From: Haloquadratum walsbyi C23
GTDB taxonomy: Archaea > Halobacteriota > Halobacteria > Halobacteriales > Haloferacaceae
Length of the DNA stretch: 32,000 nucleotides
Assembly (NCBI RefSeq): GCF_000237865.1
Contig: NC_017457.1
Location: 1-32,000 of the forward strand
Direction: 5' to 3'
The notes beneath the pieces are model-generated. The model was not told the DNA's origin and did not search any database. It saw nothing but the letters and a program-made list of their open reading frames with translations. Shown piece after piece: positions 18,929-25,828 of the stretch. The translations under genes and the position numbers were made by a program. Numbering within the stretch: position 1 is the stretch's first letter; each line of letters starts with the position of its first letter.

Positions 18929-18973
18929 CTTATGTAAAATATAAGTAGTATTACTGTAACTTTGTTACATAAG
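18929..18973. promoter_or_regulatory. Palindromic element copy 3: CTTATGTAA-N27-TTACATAAG (right arm TTGTTACATAAGG)
   Basis: It has the same geometry as copy 2. The ATG of the downstream gene (18977) lies 2 nt after ...CATAAGG, and an AT-rich stretch separates the half-sites. Confidence 0.55.
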
Positions 18974-18976
18974 GCG

Positions 18977-19330
18977 ATGAAGCAACCAGAAACACCCAAT
19001 TCATTACCAAAGTATCTTGCAGAGGGTATACCAAAGCAAGATGATCAGACGCTTGAGGAGCTACAGGAGTATCTAAATGAGCTAATTGAGTACAGAAATA
19101 GAGCCGTATCAGAAGACGAGATATCAAGTAATGCCAAACCAGTAGACGAAAGTCAATATGCAGGCAGAGGCACAGTAGTCACGGAGAAGGTGAAATGTGG
19201 TGATTCGTCATGTAAGTGCACGAAAGGTGGTGAAAAGCATGGACCATACGTCTACAGATACTTCCGCAGGAACGGTAGTGTTGTATCTGAATATCTTGGC
19301 AAGCCAAGTAAGCTAAATATCAATATCTGA
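18977..19330 (+). CDS. Small protein with a CxxxxCxC...HGPYxYxY motif (DUF6788-like, putative Zn-binding)
   Basis: The motif is KCGDSSCKCTKGGEKHGPYVYRYFRRNGSVVSEYLGK. I recall this Cys cluster plus HGPY signature from small proteins linked to integrases and mobile elements. I placed the start at ATG 18977, because the track's TTG 18962 lies inside the palindrome. Confidence 0.6.
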   Translation: MKQPETPNSLPKYLAEGIPKQDDQTLEELQEYLNELIEYRNRAVSEDEISSNAKPVDESQYAGRGTVVTEKVKCGDSSCKCTKGGEKHGPYVYRYFRRNGSVVSEYLGKPSKLNINI

Positions 19331-19694
19331 GAGAGGCATCGATCGTTTATTTGAGTACGGATATTATGATCAGGATTAAGTTGCTTAATTCCATTCACTG
19401 AAGATGTTCTCTGAGATGATCCCAGTGAGGGAGTGGCGACTGCAGACAAATCGACTGGTCATTCTTACCTCTTGATATGGAATCAAAGAGAGTAGCGTGT
19501 ATTTACTCAAGCGGAAAGAGGAGAGCGTTTCGAGATATCGAACAGAGTTAACCGGTGCACAACCTGAGAGAATATGTTCAGTCCGCCCAATCCGTCATTG
19601 GGCTCTTTCAGAAATCATAGAATACCTTCCTGTAGTATAATAAGACACAGTATTATACTGATTAGAAAACGACCATACGTACAGATACCCAACA

Positions 19695-21359
19695 ATGACC
19701 TCCTCCGACTCAGACAATCCGACTGATGAGGCTGATATTAAACCAGGTGCTGATCTCTCCGGTATGAACTTCACGGATACTGACCTCTCCGGTGTAGATC
19801 TGTACAATTCTGACCTCTCCGACGCTCGTCTTCTCAACGCAGATCTTTCCGGTGCTAACCTCACCAACGCTAATCTCGCTGGTGCTGACCTTTCGGCTGC
19901 GTCATTGAGCGAAGCTACACTCTCCGGCGCTAATATTTCTGACGCCAACCTCACTGGAACAGACCTCTCTAGTGCTGATCTTACAGACACTGACTTGTCC
20001 AGTGCTTACCTTCTTGACGCAGATTTGACGGGTGCCTCTCTCTCTGGTGCATGTGTGACAGATGCCCAGTTGGCAGACGCTCAGTTTGAGTACACAATTC
20101 CACATGATGAGGATGTCTCACCTCGTGATATCATCCCACAAGCTGTTCTCTCCGGCGCTGACCTCTCCACAGCTGATCTTTCCGGTGCCGACCTTTCCAA
20201 TTCTGCCCTCACACATGCTGATCTCTCCAACGCCAGTCTCCGCAATGCAAGTCTCAGGGACGCCGATCTCTCTGACACTAATCTCAGTGGAGCTAGTCTT
20301 AGAGATGTTGATTTCTCTGGTGCTGACCTCTCAGGTGTTGATTTGACACTCGCTTCAGCTATCGATGCCGACTTCTCAGGTGCCGATCTAACCAACGCTG
20401 ATCTCTCCAACGCCGACCTGTTTGACCCACGACTCACCGACGTTTCAGGCGCCGACCTCACAAACACTGATCTTCGCATGGCTAATCTCTCTAATACTAG
20501 TCTTATTCAGGCGGATCTTTCTGATTCCGACCTTTCTAGTACTGATCTTACTGACGCTGATCTCCGTGATGCCAATCTCGCAGGTGCTAATCTCACTGAC
20601 GCTGACCTCTCTAGCGGATCCAGACCTCTTACAAAAACTGATCTTTCCGGTGCCGACCTCACCGGTGCTACCCTCACGCAAGCCAATCTTACCGGTGCCT
20701 CTGTTTCTGATGCAGATATAACAGACGCTCAGTTGACAGACGCCCGATTTGAATACACAATTCCACAGGATGAAGCCATCTTGCCTCACAATATTATCCC
20801 ACAAACTATTCTATCCGGCGGTAATCTCTCTGACGCATATCTCAGGGAAGCTGACCTTGCTGACGCTCGCCTTTCAAACGCATCTCTTCAGGGCGCAGAT
20901 CTCATACGTGCTAACCTTTCCGGAGCAAATCTCTCGAGTGCCGACCTCTCCAACGCTAATCTCAACCAAGCTGACTTCTCCGGCAGTAGTCTCACGGACG
21001 CTGATTTCACACACACCGATCTCATAGATGCTGATCTCTCTGAGGCTAACCTCTCTAGGGCAAATCTCTCGAATGCTGACCTCAATCGAACAAATCTCTC
21101 AGATGTTGATCTCTCTGATGCCTCCCTGAAAAAAGCCGATTTGTCTCAAACCAACCTCTCCGGTGCGAACCTCACAGATGCTGACCTCCCTGGGACAAAT
21201 CTCTCGAATGCTGATCTCTCGGGAGCTTCCCTGAACAAAACTGATCTGTCTGACATTGATTTCACAAATACTACAGTTTGGATTTCTTCTGGCGGCAAGA
21301 AATGTATTGCATCGAAACAATTGCTAGCTGAAAAAGGGGCGATTGTTGATATGAAATAA
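19695..21359 (+). CDS. Pentapeptide-repeat protein (A[DN]LxX repeats, three blocks)
   Basis: Nearly the whole 554 aa follows a 5-residue periodicity (ADLSG, ANLTN, TDLSS and so on). It is interrupted twice by a conserved linker, DAQL(A/T)DA(Q/R)FEYTIP(H/Q)DE...IIPQ..LSG. No signal peptide is present. Confidence 0.95.
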   Translation: MTSSDSDNPTDEADIKPGADLSGMNFTDTDLSGVDLYNSDLSDARLLNADLSGANLTNANLAGADLSAASLSEATLSGANISDANLTGTDLSSADLTDTDLSSAYLLDADLTGASLSGACVTDAQLADAQFEYTIPHDEDVSPRDIIPQAVLSGADLSTADLSGADLSNSALTHADLSNASLRNASLRDADLSDTNLSGASLRDVDFSGADLSGVDLTLASAIDADFSGADLTNADLSNADLFDPRLTDVSGADLTNTDLRMANLSNTSLIQADLSDSDLSSTDLTDADLRDANLAGANLTDADLSSGSRPLTKTDLSGADLTGATLTQANLTGASVSDADITDAQLTDARFEYTIPQDEAILPHNIIPQTILSGGNLSDAYLREADLADARLSNASLQGADLIRANLSGANLSSADLSNANLNQADFSGSSLTDADFTHTDLIDADLSEANLSRANLSNADLNRTNLSDVDLSDASLKKADLSQTNLSGANLTDADLPGTNLSNADLSGASLNKTDLSDIDFTNTTVWISSGGKKCIASKQLLAEKGAIVDMK

Positions 21360-21576
21360 CACCACTGGTCATAATTGGGGGTGTAGATTGAGTAAAGTGT
21401 TCACTAATATCTCCCAAATATAGCTAAAAATTTCTCTCTGTCCAAGTCTCAGCATATATTTTGAGGGTTGAAATGATAGATTGTGATAGTCAATATGTGT
21501 TTAGTGTGTATTTGATCTGCTCATCACTAGAATAAATGTTTACTATTTTGATTTCTCTCTTCTTAGTGGTAGCAAC

Positions 21577-22149
21577 ATGGAGATAGAATATATATACCAC
21601 TCAGCATATGTTGAAGATATTCCGAGCATCAAACAAGGAGGACTGCGACCATCTAACCAGACATACCGGGATGATATTGAGACGAAACTACAGGTAGTGG
21701 CTTATAAAAATGAAATTTGCCTCCCAATAAATCGTCAAGATTGTGTCTTCTGTTATCCCTCGCTTCGACATGGAGTTAATATGGGATCATTCGCAACTAA
21801 GGATGCAGGTTCGCTTCGTTTACAACTCTTGCATGAAGGACTGGTCGTGATTGATGCAAAACCATTTCAAGAAAAACTGTACGTGGGAGATTTTGATCTC
21901 TTTTCTGATATTATTGAATTCTCAATCGTAGGATCGGACGATTATGAGAGGGCATTAATGATATACGCTGAATCCCTTACCCCAGTCGCCGAATTCAGCT
22001 CTATTCAGGAAATCGATGCCGAATTCAGTATCCCTGAGATATTAGTTGAGGGGAAGATTGGAGCCGACCAAGTTGTTGAGGTAATACTTCGCAAGGAGAT
22101 ACTGGGAAGTGGGTATTTCACATCATACTCAGCATTACCATCTGAGTAA
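21577..22149 (+). CDS. DarT-like (DUF4433-like) ADP-ribosyltransferase-fold protein
   Basis: Three segments match my recollection of DarT. IYHSAYVEDIPSIKQGGL matches IYHITHIDNL..IL..G.L, DCVFCYPS matches DYVPFYFCPRS, and PEILVEGKIGADQVVEVIL matches the catalytic QAEFLV...I..I motif. The size (190 aa) also fits. Assigned from memory, not from a search. Confidence 0.6.
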   Translation: MEIEYIYHSAYVEDIPSIKQGGLRPSNQTYRDDIETKLQVVAYKNEICLPINRQDCVFCYPSLRHGVNMGSFATKDAGSLRLQLLHEGLVVIDAKPFQEKLYVGDFDLFSDIIEFSIVGSDDYERALMIYAESLTPVAEFSSIQEIDAEFSIPEILVEGKIGADQVVEVILRKEILGSGYFTSYSALPSE

Positions 22150-22153
22150 GTCA
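22012..22153 (+). repeat. Direct repeat copy A (native 3' end of the DarT-like gene)
   Basis: It aligns with 28915-29052 at roughly four-fifths nucleotide identity by eye. Its last roughly 75 bp also align with 30818-30892. Confidence 0.8.
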
Positions 22154-22421
22154 CATACTGGATCATAATCTCGACGAATATGGCTATTGATTGCTCAGAG
22201 ATGATATTCTGGAGCGATATGAGTGTGTGGTCTAGTAATAAATCGACTCGGATTCTGACCATGTGAGTTATAAACAATGAGAAAGCCATTAGTATAGATT
22301 GACCGTGTACAGATGATCAAGTCTCTGAATCTATCTATTCCCGGTCACGCCACACAAACTGCCCTGGAACTATGTCATACCGGGAAAGGAATATACCCCT
22401 GTGCTGAGTCAATTAATAAAT

Positions 22422-24140
22422 ATGAGTGGGAGGACGCCGACTATCGATACGAAATGGAATGATCTAACAACAGTGCATGAAAAACGTCGAGAGACAATTC
22501 AAGACCAGATTAAAGATTTTGACGACCCTGGTCAACGGGTGCCAGCAACATATGTAATCGGAGCAATTGGAGCAGGAAAAACCCAGCTTATGATGCATGC
22601 CTTTCGATATGCTTGGGCGTACCAAAACAAACCAGCTCTGTACGTGACCTTGGGAAAATTGATTGACGATCTCGAAGATCAAGTCGGTATTTCCAATTCA
22701 GAGGAGCAGCTAACTTCCCAAGTGTATTTATATAATTGGATAGAGGACAGATGTAAAGACGAGTTAGATACTATTAGAGCTAAAATAGATCGAAATGAGA
22801 AATTTGATCAAAATCAGTATCTTCCAAACGCACGTTCTTCTAATCCGCAGGAGTATTTTGAGCAAATAGAGGGAAATTATGATGCTGACAGTTTCGATTA
22901 TGACGAACTGACCATTGAACATGAAGATATCTCAGACATCGCTCATAAGAAGGATTCAATCGTTCTATTGATCGACGAAATGGAGGAAAGCTATCCTCGT
23001 CTGGAGGGTCTCATTGATCAAACAACAGGACCACTGAGGGAGGTCGTCACTGGTATAGGGAATCAAGAACCACCGTTCTACTTAATTGGGGCTTTTGGAT
23101 ATGCGAGTGTACAAGAAATTGGTCATGCAGAATTTCGTCGAGTAACTCCTGTTTCCCTTCCGATTTTACACCCTGATGATCGAATTAGTGAACTGTTTGG
23201 TGAGAATTTGGAGTATCAACAAGAAAATTTCGCTTGGTGGATGTCAAGGGGTCGACCAGGGTGGATTAATATTGCTTTGCAAAGCCAAGCCAGTGCTCTA
23301 AATGGTGGAATCAATAAGACTGATGACCAGCTACGAGAGATACCAGACGCTATGTCACGTGTTAATATGATCGATCTAGAGTCCATGGACCGGAGATTAA
23401 ATAAATTTACCAACGAAATCAGAGATTTCATTAGCTATCTTCTCCTGCAACCGGGTCCCCATCATATAGGTGATTTTACTGAGACTGAGAAGGTCCGCCA
23501 ATATATGAAGTCTGAGGCTCCGCCAGTGTTGTGTGCACCCAAAACAAGTGGAGTTGATAAGATCCACTCAGCATTCCTCGCTGGTATAAAGAACACATCA
23601 ATTTACACTAGTTCTGTTTCCTCGGATATCCTTCGACGGTATGCAAGGAGAGTGTTGAGAGGAATAGCAAATTCTGCAGGGGAAATTGTGGCGGGAAACG
23701 CAAATGTTCCCACGTACCGCAAGGGTCAGAGAACACATGAATTAATACTTTCCCCACTTTGTGAACGCATGCATGATATCGCCCTAGAGGAGGTTAATGA
23801 AGAAAGTGAATCAGAAACAATAGATTTTTTATATAAATTAGCTCAGATGACCCGTTCAACTCCCACGGAGGATATATCTCAAGACTTTGCAGATATGTTT
23901 AACCAATTTACAAAATACGGACATAACAGTGTAGACCAGGAAATGTATGTTTCAATCGCACCTAAAACATTAATTACTGCTTTTCCTAGTTTTGTAACCA
24001 ATCCACAGCTGGATTTCGCTGGGTCCGCTCGTAATAGAAAAGAACAGCTCACTGGACTAGTCGATAAAGTAAATCGAATTGATGAGATCGACGAACGTCT
24101 CAAAGACTTTGGAAAAATTCTACAGGAAGATCCGAGATGA
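22422..24140 (+). CDS. P-loop ATPase, first gene of the four-gene operon
   Basis: Walker A is VIGAIGAGKTQL (about 22560-22586) and Walker B is SIVLLIDEMEE (about 22958-22990). The track ORF starts at GTG 22401. I prefer ATG 22422 because an AATATA TATA-like box lies about 30 bp upstream of it. No known family recognised beyond the P-loop. Confidence 0.85.
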   Translation: MSGRTPTIDTKWNDLTTVHEKRRETIQDQIKDFDDPGQRVPATYVIGAIGAGKTQLMMHAFRYAWAYQNKPALYVTLGKLIDDLEDQVGISNSEEQLTSQVYLYNWIEDRCKDELDTIRAKIDRNEKFDQNQYLPNARSSNPQEYFEQIEGNYDADSFDYDELTIEHEDISDIAHKKDSIVLLIDEMEESYPRLEGLIDQTTGPLREVVTGIGNQEPPFYLIGAFGYASVQEIGHAEFRRVTPVSLPILHPDDRISELFGENLEYQQENFAWWMSRGRPGWINIALQSQASALNGGINKTDDQLREIPDAMSRVNMIDLESMDRRLNKFTNEIRDFISYLLLQPGPHHIGDFTETEKVRQYMKSEAPPVLCAPKTSGVDKIHSAFLAGIKNTSIYTSSVSSDILRRYARRVLRGIANSAGEIVAGNANVPTYRKGQRTHELILSPLCERMHDIALEEVNEESESETIDFLYKLAQMTRSTPTEDISQDFADMFNQFTKYGHNSVDQEMYVSIAPKTLITAFPSFVTNPQLDFAGSARNRKEQLTGLVDKVNRIDEIDERLKDFGKILQEDPR

Positions 24141-25825
24141 AGACCAGCGTTTACCCTATCCCATGTGGTGAAGGAAGCATAGAGGAAGTAGTAGACCCTT
24201 TTTTAGAAGCAGAAATCAATCAACGGGCGTTTTCAAAAGATGATCTGTTCATGATTCTATTACTTAATCCAAGCACATCGGAGTATGAAGGAACTAATAA
24301 AAATGCTGATTATAAAGATATCGTCACAACTCATATAAAAAGTAAGGAGTCTCGGATTCGAATAGCATATGAACTTGATAAGCTGACCGTTGCGCTCTTA
24401 GATGAGCGCCGGCTCAGTAACTTCGCAATAAGTTTGCTCTACAACGTTCTCGAACAAAATCCGGTTGCTGACCCGACCAGTGTCATGACTGATGAGCAGA
24501 ATCTGACAGATGAAGATATTCGAAAAGTCGATTATTATTTGCCAAAAATAAATGATCAAGTTCAAGATCTTATTACGGAGCAACAGCAGGAGTTTGAAAA
24601 TCAAATGTCCTCGCTGTTACCAGTCTCACCGAATAATAAAATAGCTTCTAATTTATATCGTCGGCTGAGCGATAATATACAGAGCGATGGAGCTATTATC
24701 GACTATCTCATTCTTACCGCAGCAGCTGACGAAGATCGAGAGGGGGTCCAGTCTCTACTAGGGTCGATACGGAACATAGATCTTGAAAAGAAGCTACTTT
24801 CAGGAGATTATACCTCTAATATTAGTGGATACCAACGTATAATACAAAATTCATACAATAAAAAACAATCAGAGTTCTTTGATGACTTTGAGACTGGTAT
24901 AGATTTATATCGTGATAGCACTACGAGTGCCGAGCTTCTACGAATTTTGCGGGAGCTTGATTCTGATATCTCGATAAACTCCGAGCAGAACCAAAGTAGA
25001 TCAGCATACCAATATGAACCAACTTTGACACAATTACTAACAGCACAGATAGATGGAAATAATCAGATTATTAAATGGATTCTACAAGCAGTCAATATTA
25101 TTCGTCTTATTCAAGATAATGAAAGATCTGTATTAGACTCTTATCAAACTCAACATACTGAACTGGAAAGTACATTAGATGAGATTGATGAGAATTTTAA
25201 TAGGATTGATGAATTACAGGAAAATTATCCGAAGGGTAAAATCTCATATGATGATACCACAATCGATCATGCTCGAGAAATGATCCGTGAGGTGAAACAG
25301 AGTAACTCTTTATTAATCAAGTTTATATTTGGATATGATATGGATTTCCGGACGAGTGCCTACACCACTGCTCAAACTCGATTGAGAGATACAAAGTCGA
25401 GAATAGATAACGGGATAGGCAAACTCCGGAACCAAACGATAGAAATAAACAAATTGCAAACGAGCCTCGAGAATGAGTTAGATACAATTGACCAATCATA
25501 TGAGGATATCGAAAGAACATCTGTGGTAGTTGACATTCCTGAGCGAGATGATATAAAGAGGGTATTTCAGGATGAATGGTTGAGTGAAATTGAATCGCTC
25601 AAGCGAGAGCTACCAATGCTTGACTTTGGGTCACAGAGCGAAGATATACGACGGACTCAGCAAGAGGACTGGCAACAGGTGATTGCTGAGACTCGGAACG
25701 AGTTACAATCGTTGAGAGCATTCGCTGATGACCTGTCTAAATTTAGTGACCAAATTAACCAAATCGAGAATATTAGGGATAACACTAGACAAGAATTTCA
25801 GCAAATCCATGATAAAATTCAATAA
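24137..25825 (+). CDS. Large coiled-coil protein of unknown family, second gene of the operon
   Basis: The start overlaps the upstream stop (ATGA). The 562 aa are rich in E, Q, D, N and L with long heptad-like stretches, especially in the C-terminal roughly 250 aa. No enzymatic motif found. Confidence 0.85.
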   Translation: MKTSVYPIPCGEGSIEEVVDPFLEAEINQRAFSKDDLFMILLLNPSTSEYEGTNKNADYKDIVTTHIKSKESRIRIAYELDKLTVALLDERRLSNFAISLLYNVLEQNPVADPTSVMTDEQNLTDEDIRKVDYYLPKINDQVQDLITEQQQEFENQMSSLLPVSPNNKIASNLYRRLSDNIQSDGAIIDYLILTAAADEDREGVQSLLGSIRNIDLEKKLLSGDYTSNISGYQRIIQNSYNKKQSEFFDDFETGIDLYRDSTTSAELLRILRELDSDISINSEQNQSRSAYQYEPTLTQLLTAQIDGNNQIIKWILQAVNIIRLIQDNERSVLDSYQTQHTELESTLDEIDENFNRIDELQENYPKGKISYDDTTIDHAREMIREVKQSNSLLIKFIFGYDMDFRTSAYTTAQTRLRDTKSRIDNGIGKLRNQTIEINKLQTSLENELDTIDQSYEDIERTSVVVDIPERDDIKRVFQDEWLSEIESLKRELPMLDFGSQSEDIRRTQQEDWQQVIAETRNELQSLRAFADDLSKFSDQINQIENIRDNTRQEFQQIHDKIQ

Positions 25826-25828
25826 GAT

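Noticed and set aside
19595-21320. Many 60-130-aa ORFs on both strands inside the pentapeptide-repeat gene (for example 19595-19990, 20081-20479, 20445-20804, 20062-20346, 20422-20721).
   Set aside because: They are shadows of the 15-nt periodic coding repeat, with Ser/Arg/Ala or Ile/Ser/Leu low-complexity translations. The 554-aa plus-strand frame explains the whole region.
22005-22289. Minus-strand ORFs 22005-22289 and 28791-29060 share a conserved peptide (…KYPLPSISLR..TST.WSAPIFPS.NISG…), which could suggest a real repeated antisense gene.
   Set aside because: The similarity is simply the reverse complement of direct-repeat copies A and B. The sense frame is supported by the intact 190-aa gene with ART-like motifs, whereas the antisense frames diverge outside the repeat.
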